DNA of 64,000 nt from Takakia lepidozioides (Eukaryota; Plantae; Bryophyta): contig CM060733.1 in NCBI GenBank assembly GCA_030704615.1, forward strand, positions 7,936,001 to 8,000,000, in the 5' to 3' direction. This document shows, in pieces, positions 38,839 through 52,933 of this stretch. The notes beneath the pieces were generated by a model. That model had not been told where the DNA came from, searched no databases, and saw nothing but the letters and a program-made list of their open reading frames with translations. The position numbers and the translations under genes are program-made. Each line of letters opens with the position of its first letter. Positions within the stretch are counted from its first letter, which is position 1.

Positions 38839-41800
38839 ATGTTTTCAAACATGTTGCCATTGTCGCCAGACTGCGCCCCTCCACTGAACACTCTATCTCC
38901 AGTCATTTTCCTCTGTGATGCGTGTGAGACGGCGAGAGCGGTGGTGATGTGCATCAACGAGGGGCGTCGGTTTTGCAAGAAATGCAACATGCGTCTCCAT
39001 CCGGCTCAGTCCAACCATCAGGTTGAACCCCTAAGGGCGTCTCTCCTCGTCAAACCCTAAGCTTGTTGGAAAATTAAACTTTCCTAATTGAGATAGATTA
39101 CAGTGAATTTGTAATTCAGAGAAATCCACAACAAGGTAAAATCTCTCATGTTTATGGTTAGGATTAGGAGTCACTGCTGCAATTCCCCAGGTTTGAAATA
39201 CTCATGTGTGTGAAATAAATTTCTTGTTTTGGGTCGTTGGCAGTCCACAAGGATGACAACCATGTTGACAACCATCAATAATGACAGCCATATTTCGTAT
39301 TGAAGGATGTTCATCTCAGAGAATTTGAAGTCAAAGTTACAGTATATGTTTCTTAATTTCAAGTTCAATTTTCTAGACAACCGAAGGTTTATGATTATTG
39401 ATGTGCCGTATTTGTGCCAGGTAACAGCGTATGTGACAATTGCCGAATGCATGAAATGCCATAGTTTGGAGGCAAATTATCAATGCTACGACTGTGCAGA
39501 AAATGGGGAGGCACAATATTTCTGCCAGCTATGTGCAGCCAGTGATGCAAGAAACAATCACAGAGTGGATCCCATCCCTTTAGAATATTTTAAGGATCCA
39601 AGGTGTAAGGAAATTGCACAACACAACATGGCCAAGAGCAAAATGCCAATGGTTCAGGCAGTCAAGACAGATCCGACTGGAGACTCTTGGACCTTCACGA
39701 CTGGATTTCTGCAGAATGCACCACCAAGTGTTGGAAACCCAATTGCAGGGAAAATGGAAGGTGGAATTACAAGTACAGATCATCTTTTGGGGTTTGCTGT
39801 TGTAAATCTTAAGAAATATGCAAGTGCACAACAGGGGTTTGTTAAGCTGGAACCACTCAGGGACAAGCCTAATGAGGGAGGCAAGAATACTGCTAAAAAT
39901 TTGAGTCAAGTGGGTGAGGAGAGCAGCACCATGCCCCATCAAAGTCAGAAGAGGCCAATTAAAGACAAGGAGAATGTGCTCAACCATGCTAATATTCGAG
40001 CAAAAAAACAAAAGGTCTGTAATGGATTTATCATCACACCTTTTATGAGGTTTCTTTCTTTGTGTCTTGTAAGAGTATTGGTGACAGTGAAGCTTCCTCT
40101 GCCCTGGAGCAGGGAATGTGACCAATACCAAAAAGTCATCTTTCCCTCCTTCCTCAGTTCTCCCTTCCATTATTTGTTCCAATCTGTTTCTGAATCGTTG
40201 ATGCGCAGATCTCCCCAAATTGCGTTATGTATACCAGCAACAAGGACTTGAAGAAACAGGCACAAGCTCGGAAGGATGAAACAAAGCCTGGGAATCTGGG
40301 AGGTTGCAAATCGAAAACTGGCACCCAGCAGGCAGGGAGCCTTGGTGTGATTTCATTCAACCGTGACTCTATCTTGATCTCTTTGAGCATTTTTGCAAAT
40401 TGTTTTCCTCTACCAGTTGGAAAAGGGTGATTGAAGTTTTTAAAGTAGCTGTGGATTATGCCTCGTCCTGACCGTGTGACTTTTGCAGATGAGAGTGATG
40501 AGGAGGATGGTGTGCACCACATTAAGCGTGGCTCAGTGTCTTTGGAAGCATTTGTGGTGACTTGTGGCGATCAGGATGATGCTGCCGATATCACAGGTAT
40601 GTCAAAGGAATCACAATCAGGAAAAATACAGAGGCCTACAAATGCATTTTGCATCCATGCCCTTTGCATGATGTACCTTCAGGAAATACCACAGGCAACA
40701 AAGCGTGGCAGCAAGTGAGGAGAGCCACGCAGGGTAACTGCTGTACTGCTTCAATGATTTCCCAAAAATGTTGCTGGGGCCCCTTTCAATTCCCCTGCAA
40801 CTACTATAATGGCACATACCCACAGCCAAACATTTTTGTGAATCTTCAGCCATAATTGAAGATTGCCGTGTTTGAACTGTTCAGGAAAAAGTGGAGAGGA
40901 AGTGAAGGTTGGAGCAGGCATCAAGAACAGGATCCGCAAAATGCTGGAGCTGGGCCTACATCCTGATACACCTGATATTGAAGCCCAACAAGCCTTAAAA
41001 AATGCCCAGCGCCTGCTTACAAAGTATAACCTTGAGCAGGTATGTGCCTGCTGATGCATCACTTAGGGAGCAGGATGCAGGAAAAGAGAGGAACTTTAGA
41101 AAGGCCATGGAACACCCAAGAACGGATCAAGTGAAATGACAAGAAAAAAACATCTGAAGACCAAGGAAGAAAGAAACTATGTAACGCCCAGGGGAAGCCT
41201 AAAGATCTTCTGGGACAACAGTGTAATGAAGAAACAAGAAGAAATGAAATGAAATGAAATGGTACTTTATAACATCCGCGGAAAGCTCAAAGAGCTTATG
41301 GTTATAAAATGTAAAATAACAAGAGAGGAGACAAAGAAAGAAAGAAACTTATAAACGTCCAAAGGACCCAGGGCCCATGTTAATTAGTAGACCATCAAGA
41401 AACCAATCCAGAAAAAACCCATAAATCACTTTCCAAATGTTTGTAAATATCCGAGTCACAAAATGACCCAAAACATTGCTTGGAGATGGATTGTCAATGT
41501 AAGTCGCTGATCAGCACTTATGGTGGCAGAGAAATATACTTTCTAAATCACAGGCTCACAGTATCTTTGCTCCTACAGGGACAGGTTAGGTAGAATGAGA
41601 GGCTGGGATTCAATGAAGAATACTGGCTTAAGACAAGGAACTAGCATAATTGTTGCAGGCAGAGGTCATGAAAGGATCGTTGAAAGACACAAGTGGACTA
41701 AGAGGAGGCATGCGCGTGGTAGAGCTTCGTTGCAAAGGCAAGATTAAACATAGTCGCTTGGAGGCGTGGGTAAAGCAGTTGGGCTGGGTGATTGCCGACA

Positions 41801-43511
41801 ACTTTGACACTCAATACTTTATCCAAGGTGGCCGGCAATCATCACGACCGTTGCGAGTAAGACACTCAACCAAGTGTCTCCTTGTTGAGATCCAATGTGA
41901 AGTGCTGCCACATCTGATGAAAACTGCACCTTTTGTTGTTTTTACCACCTCTTTGTAGTTTACTTTTCCATGTGATCTTGGTTGAGGTGTTTTCTTCATT
42001 GGAGCAATGTCATTCGATATTCCCAGCTCATTGGTTAATCGAAAGCCTTTCCACTTCAGGATTGACATATGTCAACGGCAGTGTATGTTTGTTCCCAAGA
42101 ACTGCTTGGTTCAGGTTGGTGGCAGCCTTCAATCTGTGCTTTAAAATTTGAGCCTTCGATCTCCACATCCCCATCGCGGGCACAACAATTCTGGCCCTCT
42201 GTGGAAGTTGGAAAACAGGTAGCTCAGTTCTTGTGTTGCAAACCGCAACGTTTCCACACTTTTGAGTGCCTGGACTGCCATCATAGCTCCAGGAAGGGTC
42301 ATTTGCTACGTTGTCAGCACTAGCTTTAGCTTATTACTGGACTACTGCGATACTGATGAGGAATCTGGTATGACAGGTTGTGTTCTACGGCATCAGTCAC
42401 AATGCTGACTGTGCTGGCTATGCATTCGCAGCCACATTCAACCGAATTAGTAAAATGTCGGCGGACTTCTCTACTCCACACTCCTCTGATGGACGGGCGA
42501 TCAAGGAGGGAGGAGCAAAGTCCCAACAAGCCAGTCAAAGCACGTCAACCAGAATTGCGAGGGCAAACTATCGCAATGGAATTGTAGCTGGACTTCACGA
42601 GGCTGTCCGACAAGCTCAAGAGCAGCGGAAAGCAACACGAGATGGGTTCAAATCGAGGCACAAGGACTCAAATGCAAACATGCTTGATACTGACTCTGGA
42701 GTTTGCAGTGATGATGAGACAGATTGGGTCCCATGTCATGGTAAATGGTTCCTGACTGCGATTCATATATTGATGATAGTTGTTACTCTCGGCTGGAAGC
42801 CCTTGGAGTTCAGAGACTGTCAATGTACTTGTGAGGTGTGTAGTGGCTAGCCCATGAAGTATGCAAGTCACCAGTTTGAAGATGTTTAGCTGTGTAGTGT
42901 ATTCTCGGAATGAGATGCAGAAACCCCACCTTACAGGCCCATTACAGATCTTTCAAAAGCTGATGATGCAGGACAATCGCCATTAAAGGTATTGTAGCAA
43001 GATAGTAGCGAGAAATAGTTTTTCTCCTTTGTCAGAGTCCTGTGAAAATCCGATGACCCTGCACTCTGATAGAAGGATCTAAAATCTTATCTCGCAGTCA
43101 TACTAGAACTTGTTGTGGAGTGCAATGCTGTACACCTTTTTTTGTACCAGTGCCCCTTGTGATATTGAACCAAAAATTGTTTCATCAGAAGGGGAAGGTG
43201 TTGAAGATAAATGGCCGAGCACTGAGGAGGGAGTTGCCAAAGATTGGGAGAATGCATGGCAGGCAAAGGCTGAAAAAAAGCGGGCTGAGAGATGTATGGC
43301 CATCTCCGCTCTCGTGTTGCACTCAAAGAAAGTTGGTGAAGATTTCTTGAAAGAGCAGGGAATCAAGCTCAAAGTCACCAAGGTAAAACCAAGGGCCACT
43401 GCCTGGAATGCACATGCTTTTGCACAGGGCAAAAGGGATTCAAAATCCATTGACATCAATCAGAAGGGCATCACCGCGGCAAAGGTCAGGAAGAAGCGAT
43501 CAGGAAGTTGA
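38839..43511 (+). CDS. Multi-exon gene: two B-box-like zinc fingers + DUF2786-like helical domain + associated C-terminal domain; start and some exon borders tentative
   Basis: CDACETARAVVMC..FCKKC..H..H and CMKC..CYDC..FCQLC..H. IKNRIRKMLELGLHPDTPDIEAQQALKNAQRLLTKYNL (40886-41039). WVKQLGWVIADNFD, VVFYGISHNADCAGYAF, ARANYRNGIVAGL and AFAQGKRDSKSIDINQ. Coding blocks are flanked by AG/GT. Confidence 0.75.
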
Positions 43512-44277
43512 GTTTACTACAAGAATCGTCATCGAACAACCAATTTGTTCTTTCCAGTGACTGATCAACATAGTCAAACAAGCATTCTTCTGAACACTTA
43601 ATTGTCTCCAAACTTTGTTTGACACAAAGCATGTTTTGAAGAAAGTTAACACTCAATATGATTATTACATACACTCAAATCATGTTCTTGCAAGTTTGTG
43701 GGAAATTCAAATGAGTCTTTTGATAAAGGTGAAGAAAAAGGTGCACAACAGGCAAGTACACATGTCAAATTGCAGTATCAGTCTTGGAAAATAATTTGCT
43801 GTGCCCTTGTCACATTGTTCTGAAGAATCAAGATCTATGGATTCTTCAATGGATCATTAACCATCAAGCAAGGTGAGAACTTTTGCAGATGCATGTTCTC
43901 CTCACCAACAATTTGATCTGTTAGCCAACCTTGCAGATTGCCCCTGATACTGGCACTAGAAGTAAGCAAGTCTTCCTGAGACTGAGCATTGTCACCCACC
44001 TACTTGCTTATCATACAATTTACACTTTCATGTCAAACTTCACTTATCATCAACAAGACTATTTGCATGTGACCAAAACGAGCTGAATATTCTGGTGGAA
44101 GACGGACTGGGGAATAAAATCACTCAGCATTCACTGTAAGCACTGTTGTTTCCTGGACCACTGTAAAAAGTCTGAGGTGTTGGTGAACTTCTTTGTAGAG
44201 AAAGAGCAGTCTGATTTTCAGTAGGGTACACACCCTGGGCGTGGGTGAGAGTTAAGTGAGGGCATTGGTTGTACAGT

Positions 44278-45239
44278 CTAGCTTTTCTGGCTCCCCTCCA
44301 GTGCCCACATGCGTTTCGTAATAAGGTCAATGGCAGCATTTGCCGATGTAAAAGCCCCATGGAAACTCTCCTTGAATGAGAAGGTCTCCAACTCCCTAAC
44401 CATCTGCATCAGAATGTCACCAATGTCAACCTGCTTCTCCATCAGACAGTAGTGGTACACCTTGGCACACCGCCGACTTATCTCCTCATTTGCAGGTTCT
44501 GGACAGTACTCCTCATCCAGCCATTGATGTAGTGCCCCTCTCAGCCATGCAGCTTCCTGTAGACCCAACCGGATCAGAGTGGCAAGACCTAGTGTGACTC
44601 ACAAAAACATGGAGAGTATCATGGCTGCCTTATACACAGTCTTGATCCACAAATCTACACTAGACTTTTGAAGTGGAAGTTCCTTCCAAAGCTTATCATT
44701 TCTACTCAAGCATCACAATTAGGCATGGAGTAGCGACAACTCGAGTTTCTTTCTTCGATCGCTCCTAGCCTGCGACTTGAATGTTGCAAGGTCGTAATTA
44801 GGTCAAAGAATAGACTTCACTGCGAAGGCTTTCTTTCCTGTCAGATTCCAGGACAAAATCGAGCTCCGTTATGCCCCTAAGCATCCACAAACCAAAAAAT
44901 TTCGAAAATCAGAGCATGAGAGGCACATGCCTGAGCTGCAACAGGGGGCTTCACCCACTCTGGCGGGACTTGTAAGTCCTGCAGATATGGCTGCTCGGAC
45001 TCCGGGATCGCCGGTGTACAACACCTAGTTGAGATGCTCGGCAGCGCCACAGTGGAGATCTTCGCGGGGGATAACCACTGATGGAGGCTCAAACGGTGGA
45101 ATGACACAATGCCCCGACTCCGATTCCGTCTGACCATAAAACGAAACTGAGGATACAAAAATGGAGTAAAGACGTGACTGGCAGCTGAGACGTTAATGTT
45201 TCCCACCGCCACCGAGGTTCCTGGGAGCCATACAGCCAT
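44278..45239 (-). CDS. Conserved, probably plastid-targeted protein with cyanobacterial homologues; 2 exons (45239-44931, 44556-44278)
   Basis: Transit-peptide-like N-terminus, then VPPEW..P..A.-EAAWLRGALHQWLDEEYCPEPANEEIS...FSFKESFHGAFTSANAA, recognised from memory as a plant/cyanobacterial conserved hypothetical protein. Confidence 0.75.
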
Positions 45240-46680
45240 GAGAGAGGCACGGATAGTCACAACTAGCACCTGTAGGATCACTGGGAAGGGAGCATACGAC
45301 GACCATATGAGAGTCTAGCAACAATCCGGACACCTAATGATCTGATAAAATCTCAACGGAGGAGAAAGAGAGGGAAACAGGGAAGAATCTGAAAAGAGAG
45401 AGCGCTATAGAGAGAGATTGCAACACACGGCTGCAGAGATTCCAATTTATTTACACAGTTTAAACACCTCGGCATCACAGATCGACAGAAGCGACTCGAG
45501 AAGCATCAACCCTTTAGAGAGCACCACAAACATCTGCCGGCCTCACAGATGTGTGAGCGACATGAAAGCTGCGAACGCCACGCGCACACCTTCTTAGATA
45601 AGCGACCAAAACCCCCCTTAAACATTATTGGTCACAAACCCATTTATCCCATAACCATTGCACTGAAAGCTCTGTCGTGAGCTTACATTCTCTTCCTGAC
45701 TGGGCCTAGGTTCAACTCCCTATGCACCCTTCTTCAAGTTCACAGTAGGGCATCCTCTCGTGCTTGTTAGGATTGCGTCCATGTCTTTAACAGCCTGGCT
45801 CCAGAGCACTTGTTTTTTCTAAATCCAGGAGTTGACTTTACTCCCTTATGATAGTATTTGTTGTAAGACGAGGTTGGATGTTATATATCGTATCACGTTT
45901 GGTCCCAGAGTACAGAAACTATGTACTATGTTTCTTGGAACTGTTTTATGGAATATAATTCGAAAACCAGAAACAAACAGATTCGGAAGTGGAACATGTT
46001 GTGGAGGTGGGGCCAGGACTGTTCCGGGTATTCCTCGGCGTCGTGGTATGTAGCCCTGTCTCCGGTCTTCACTGGAGTGTGCGAGAGAATCGCGCAGCTA
46101 CTTTGTCTGAAGAAGAATCCAGTGCTTTTATGGCCTTCAAACAAATGGATCTGTGTCTGTAGACTGTGATCAACACTAGGCACACTGTGGAGACACACAC
46201 ACACAGAAACAGACAGACAGACAGACAGAGGATGAGAAGAAAGATATAGAGATCGGAAAAAGTGAAAGAGTAGCTAAAACTGCTGATGCCGAGAGACTGA
46301 GGAGTAGGGATTGAGAGGGAGTGGCAAAAGTTACCAAGTAAGTACTTGGACAGTTTGAGAGAGGAGGAAAGATAAGATTCATTGAAAGGCAATGTAGTAT
46401 GAAACTGCTCACCCCAATATTAGCAATACTTTCAGAGGTGGGGGAGAAGCTGAGGACGAGATGCATGTTGAGAAACAGAGTCAGACGCTATCCGGCAAGT
46501 GGGATGTGAGAAAGGGTGCCTGTTTCCTTACCGACTAAAAAGGAGTAGGGGCATGACTTTTTGGATTGCGGCACAAGATTAGGCTATCTGTGCACGAGAA
46601 ACAGAGCACGAGTTCGGTCGGCCGCAAGGAGAGAGGGTGATGGGTTGCGGCATGGCAGGCATGGCTACCTTGCACTGGTA

Positions 46681-49600
46681 ATGTCAAGAACGCCCAAACC
46701 GTTCAGCCGGCGCGCCTTCCGACAGCACCAGGAGGTAAACACCTCTCTATCTCTCTTTATTTCTAGCTCTTGCCGTATCTTTCACGGCGACTGAGGAGGT
46801 TATCTTGATTGATGCCTTGAGCTAAGAGTCTTGGCTAGCACGTGACTTGCCACTGAATAACAATGTGTGATTTCAGGATAGCTGGTTCGGCCAATGCAGA
46901 GGTCGCTGCATCATGAGTTTGTATAGATGTCCAACATGACTACAATGCAGCAACAGATGCTCAAATGCCCATGACATGGAGATCCCTCATGAATTTCTTA
47001 GCAAGGGCTGGGAGATCCAAGAGCCACTGTGCCCTATCCTGTAGATGAAAGGTCAGTTGGAGGTCTTTTATGGGTTTATTAGCAAGCAGTCACGAGATTC
47101 AGGGCCGACTCTGCCCTATCCTGTAGAGAAAGATTGCCGGGGAGAGATGAAAGGCCACTCTGAATTCGATACGAAGAGCGCGAGAAAGATATGCTTGATC
47201 ATCGGCGCTCTTAGAATAGGCGTACTAAACAATATACCAAAAAGATAGCCACGCTCACAACGTCTATTGGTATAGATAGCGCAAGCCTTGCAGCGGCTCT
47301 AGCTGAAGAGACCCTCAAACCTCCAATGACCTTACGGCCATCGACCCTGCGCCCAGTTTGGATGGTAGATCTGTAGTCCTACAGATCAGGTACAGTGGAT
47401 GCTCATTTTTTCATGGAACCACACCAAACAAAAGTGTTGTTGATACCCATAGTTGAGACTGTTGTTCACAATTTTTTAGAGCTTTAAGAGGTTTTGTTAG
47501 GTCTTTTGATCAGCAGAGCCTGCTTTAGAGGGTAAAGTCCATCTAGTAATAAGATGATTAGTTTGTATCCAGCGGGGACTAAGATTACCAGGAAGTTCCG
47601 GAGGTACACCTCTTCCCATAAATGTTGGCAGTCCGGCTTTGACAGTGGGATTTTGGTGTTGCTTATATCGAACCCTACGTGATCATATTAGTGTTCAAGA
47701 GTTATTGGTGAGAAAGTCACATTTGGATTTTGTGGTGACTTAACATATCTCAGAGTCCTGGAAGAAGGATCTTCAAAATTTCCTAGTGGGAGTCATACTG
47801 GTTTTGAATGACTTGTACGATGTGTGTGGGCGCTAGATGGAGCGGAGTGGTTGCTGTGGGAGAGGCTTTTGGTGCCTAGGGTCTTTCTCCCGTAAGCACA
47901 GAAAGCGCATTGTTCCTGCCACTCGGCTTCATGATGGGTCCACACAATCCTCTCATGCATGGGGGGCAAATGGTGCACCACCATCTGGTGCAGAGGACCA
48001 ATTTGTGTTTCTATTCCCTGCCTTGTTGGCCCCACCCTCCTCTCCGGCTTCATATCAGAACTCGGTTGTGCCATCCTCAGTGCAATCCCCTGCAGCATAT
48101 GCTTCGTTGAACCCTCCCTGTTCAACGTCTTCAACAATCCCATTGGAGACAAATTCTAACATGTTTGCTACAGGACCATATGCCCATGAGACTGCACTTG
48201 TCTCGCCTCCTGTATTTTCTACCTTCACCACTGCCCCATCGACTGCACCCTTCACTCCCCCTCCAGAGCTTGCAGCCCACTTGACGACACCATCTTCGCC
48301 AGACGTACCTTTTGCGCAGCTGCTTGCCTCTTCCTTCTCTGAAAAACGGTCCTCAACCAGGCAGCCAGATGCCCCCTATTCTGCTTCTCCATTTGCTTCC
48401 CCCGATTATTATGTTCAGCAAGATGATCTGCAGGCTGCTTATCAACTTTATCCAGGCAGTCCGCTTGCACACTTGATTTCACCAGCTGGAGGAACGGGAG
48501 CCTCCACTCCTTTTGCAGCGGGGGGAACTGGAACATCCACTCCACTTGCAGCTGGGGCTGGAACAGGGGCTTCCACCCCTTATCCAGAGGCAGATAATCC
48601 AATACCACTGACTGTCCTTCCGGCAGTTGTTAGCTCACTTGAGGTGCCGTACACAATTGAGTTTGAACCATTAGCCTTTGGGAATCTTGCCATGGTTCCG
48701 TCTAAAGAGCTGAAATCTCCTCGATCGATGCATAAACCAAAGCAGATGGATCCAAAACACTTAGCAGAAAGCCTGCAACAGCAAGGCCTCCTCGATATCC
48801 AGAGGATTGGGGATGACCGCAAGGTTGAGAGTGACCGACAATCAGATGCAAATTGTATGATGGAGGGAATGTTGAGTTGTACTGGAAGCTCTAATAGACT
48901 GGGAGGAGTCCTGGATATGGGGGCCGGCCACTTCAAAGGCTTGACGGAGAACGCGACTTCTGCAGATAGACTACCATGGCCCACTGGAGATTCAAGTGGC
49001 GAGGAGAAAGCCAATTGTAGACAGTTAGGGCAGGATGCAGTCGGCGAGGAAGATTTGCTTGAGTTGCCAGTACTTGCAGGTTTCAAATTAGTTCATCATC
49101 ATGAAGATAGCGTAATGGATCCAAGTTTGACAAACATAGATTCAAAACAACGTAACGCAGCAGAAACAGGCCTCAAAGTCTACCAGATCAAGGAAATTCC
49201 TTCCTCCAAAATTCTAGGATCCTTTAAAGAGTTGCCTGAAGGGGCCGCCTTAGACCTGGGTTGTCGAAGTGAAGACAATGTATTGGAGTATGAACTAAGT
49301 AGCAATGCAGGGGTTGGGGGGGCAACGCTTGGGTGGGGACCTGTGAACTCCTCTCTTTCTCAGGAACTGGTAAGCCAGTCCTCAAATGGGCCTGATAAAA
49401 AGAACGATAGCAGGGCTTTTGGCAGCATGGAAACCTCAATGTCAAATGCAGTCCCATCTGAAGGCGTGGAGTGCATTAACACGGATGAAGGTCGTAAATG
49501 CCTACTAGTAGAGGCAAGGGGGCTTCCTTCGGAGGAGGGCTTGGATCATCCAGATGGTTTTCCAGGTATAGGTGTTGGCCTCTTAGCTCAAGTCATTTCA

Positions 49601-50576
49601 TCTAGCTAGGTTGTCTTGTGTAGTGAAGTTATCTTTATGTGACATTTCATCCATGATAGATGATGTGTGGGGTACTTTCCAACTGTGTGTAGCTTTCACA
49701 GTTGCTTACCAAAGTTGGTAACTTGTAACTTGAAGGATGTCATTGGCAGCCTGACGGAGTTTGAAGAGTTTCCAGAATGGGAGGTGTATCTCCTGAAACT
49801 TGCAGATATGTTTCTCACACACTGTATGTATGACAGGGTGCTGTCCACAGTGCGAGGAGCTGACATCAAGGTGTCAAACACTGTCATTAGCGCTAAAACA
49901 GGCCGAAGAGAAAGATGCGGAAAATCAAAGGGTAGCCAATGATCGAGAACATAAGTTGAAACAGCTTCTGCAGCAGATGCAAATGGGGGTATGTGCTTTC
50001 ATCCCATCGGACAAGAGTTGTGATTTTCTTTATTCTTTATTTGGAGAATTGGATCAAATTTAATGTTCCACAACTAAAGAGGTCCTTCCACATTTGAAGA
50101 ATGTAGTCTATATACCAGGGCGTTCCACTTCCTTCATTGGTAGATCTATTTTGTATCTTCTTGACACATCCTTTCCCCTCTATTCTGAGGCATAAATGCT
50201 CCATGGAATTCTAGTTTTAGTACATACTGATTCACTGTAATTGTCTTATACCAGTCTTCGGTTTTTCCTTGGTGTTCGACTGTCTCCCATAGGCCATTAA
50301 CCACCAGTCCATAGCCTGTGCAGAGCTTGTGCTAGTGTATGTAAATCGACTTGGAATTATCAAAGTAATCAATCTATTTGCATCCTTAGTTTTAGGTTTG
50401 GTTCCAGGGATAGCTGAGTTGGGGGGTCCTTACCATTCTGTTGATGACTTCTTGGGCTACCAGAAATTGGATATATCTGTTGTTCATGACAACACTATGT
50501 AACCTTTTCGTCACTCAAAATTGTCTGACTGTTGCAGGACAGCGGCGACTTACGAGGCTTTGACCGCCAGGTATAA
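46681..50576 (+). CDS. At1g76660-like Pro/Ser-rich protein; main exon 47837-49565, probable extra exons 46681-46734, 49836-49988, 50538-50576
   Basis: KRIVPA, LLAPPSSPAS, MFATGPYAHETALVSPPVFSTFTT.PSTAPFTPPPELA.HLTTPSSPDVPFAQLL and YQLYPGSP are family signatures. Phase-compatible GT-AG junctions add a CPQC/coiled-coil exon. Confidence 0.85.
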
Positions 50577-51512
50577 AAAGGTCGAGGGTTTGTGGCCGTC
50601 GTCTAAATGCCTCCTAGAGGCCAGGGCAGGCAGGTTTTCCAAGCATGGGGTCCCGGAGAAGTCTTCATTTGTTAAAGCATACTAGTCGCCTACTTACACG
50701 AGTGTATTGTGTGAACCTTGCCTTCTTCTCTGTTGAACTTTCGGCACAGGCCTTGATGGCTCAGCGACTCTTATTCTCTTTGCAAGACCAGGAGAAACAG
50801 CGATCTCTGGGTAGTCTATAGTATATTACTCGTCTCTCAGGCTTCTCTACATATTTGTGATTATTATTGGCTCTCTGCAAATACTGGTAGGAGTGTTGAG
50901 AGAGAGTGAGGTAGACTTGAGTTTATTTAACCCTCTGTATTTGAAAATAATGATTGATTCAAACACCGTCATCCAGTGATGGGTTTGCTTGAGATTCCTT
51001 TCATGACAAATCCAAATTTTTCATTGAGAAGATGGAGCATAGCACCTCTAATTTGAAGCAAACTTTGGCAGAAGATTTTCCTGGCAGATTCTGTGGGTCT
51101 GCAAAGTTGCAGAACAATGGAAAGACCTATGACCACAGGAATACCCAAGAGCTTTTGGAGAAACTATGTAGCTTGAATTACGATGGAGTGCACTCGATAC
51201 ACTCCCGAAGTCAAGTGTACATGAGTACACACTCCGTTCTGTCTCCATCATGTGAATCAATTCCTCTCTCAGCTACACACACTCTCTCTTCCTCTTCAGT
51301 CCTGCGTAATTCCGAAAGCGTTGGCCATGACATTTCTGGGACTCCCCCACAGGGCTACAAAAACTGAAATCAATGACCTTGCAACTGGGTCGCTGAGTAC
51401 ACATGTGGACAAGTGTCTCTCTGAGCATCTTGATGGCAGTTGAAAAAAAATTTAAGGCTTGCAACTGAGCTGCATAAACTGAACCCTCCCATTGAGAGCA
51501 TCACCTTACCCA

Positions 51513-52933
51513 TCATCCTTTGCTGCGCAACATCGTGTCGAGAAGTTCAACCTCCCTGTCGATTGTATCTTTCAATTCTGCTTGGCACATGTGAAAAGTG
51601 GCTGTCTCGAAATCAATCAAGGAGGCCTCCACCTTGCCCCCTGAATCCCGAAACAACACATTGCTCGCTCGCAGGTCATTGTGTATGACTCCAGCTCCGT
51701 GCACTGCAGCCAGGGCCACCCTTGCTGCGGATGCCTCTGCAAGTGTGCAGTTTGCTAGGTCACTCTTTGGCTCACCTGTGTGAGACAAGATCATGCAACC
51801 CACATGCTCGTCCCATGCTGACCCAACCTCCATCACCTTCGGAACACAACTCCCCTGCAGGTTCTGCATCTTAGTGTAACAACTGTACTCTTGGGCAAAA
51901 CTATGCAGGGCGTCTATTGATCGGGAAACACAATAGAGCTTGGCAACTAACTTTTGTTGTGTTGCTGTGTGGTCCAGGTGTCTGACGATGGTTGTCTGAC
52001 TACGTGTGATAACATCTCCCAAGATGGGTGTAATGTCTCCCATCCTAGGACGCTCCTAGGACGCTGTATGAACCAGCTTTCGAATTTTTGAATACTTGAT
52101 GAAGTGGGCAGCTCACAATCACAATCAGTCATTGGAGACTTCCGCTTGTCGCCAACTTTATGGGACGGGTTCGCCCTGCTGTCGGCTTTGGAGTTGCATC
52201 TCTGGGGCCGAGGCTGCTCACTAGCACTAGCACAGGTATTCTTCCCATCTTGGGGAAGAGAGGTTTGTGGGGAGGGCTCCGTGGCTCGTGCTCTTCACTG
52301 GAGTTCATACACGAAGGATCCACTTCTGGGGCTGGCAAATTTGAATACATTAGCCATTTGCCAATGGCTTCAGGTATCAATGGAGGTTTTGACATCTCCT
52401 TCTCCATCGCTGAAGCCAATGCGATAGCCAACATTGCTTTGCGCACAGTGACCTTGTTGTCAATTCAGTGCTGTATGGCCAAACTCGGCCTCCCGAACGC
52501 TCAAGAAGCACGACGATGATTTGCAAACAACATACACAGGTCCTTTACCCGCAGGACACATTTCACGCCGAAGGTGATTTCATCGCGGATGAGGCTCAAG
52601 AACGAGCAATGGTAGTATACAACGTTCTTCGTCCCGTTACATATATTTTGCAACGTAACCTAGGGCTCGGAAGAACTGGAATAAAATGTTTTGGCAGTGA
52701 ACCTGGGGTGCGTGCGTTCGAGGATGGAGGTGTTTACGTGCTGGAGGACGATGAGGAGATCGTAAGAAGGGTCCTTTGTGTCATGGAGATCAAAGGGCCC
52801 TGGCAGCTGCAGTATGCGTACACTGATTCTGTAGGCTTCTCCTTAGATGATTTGAGAGGTGGCGCACCGGAGGTAAGGCTGTATCCAAGAATTGCATGCA
52901 GGTCGGCAAAGCTGGCTGATTGGTCTGCTCCAT
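51513..52933 (-). pseudogene. Disrupted PD-(D/E)xK nuclease-like + protein-kinase-like gene
   Basis: Kinase-like C-terminus VAKLY, LQGSCVPK, HGAGVIHNDLRASNVL, LIDFE. An 11-bp tandem duplication at 52043-52064 breaks the frame. A nuclease-like block lies on the opposite strand at ~52545-52870. Confidence 0.65.

Noticed and set aside
39580-40218. 212-aa minus-strand ORF
   Set aside because: It lies antisense to a coding exon of the B-box/DUF2786 gene and has no motif, so it is treated as a shadow ORF.
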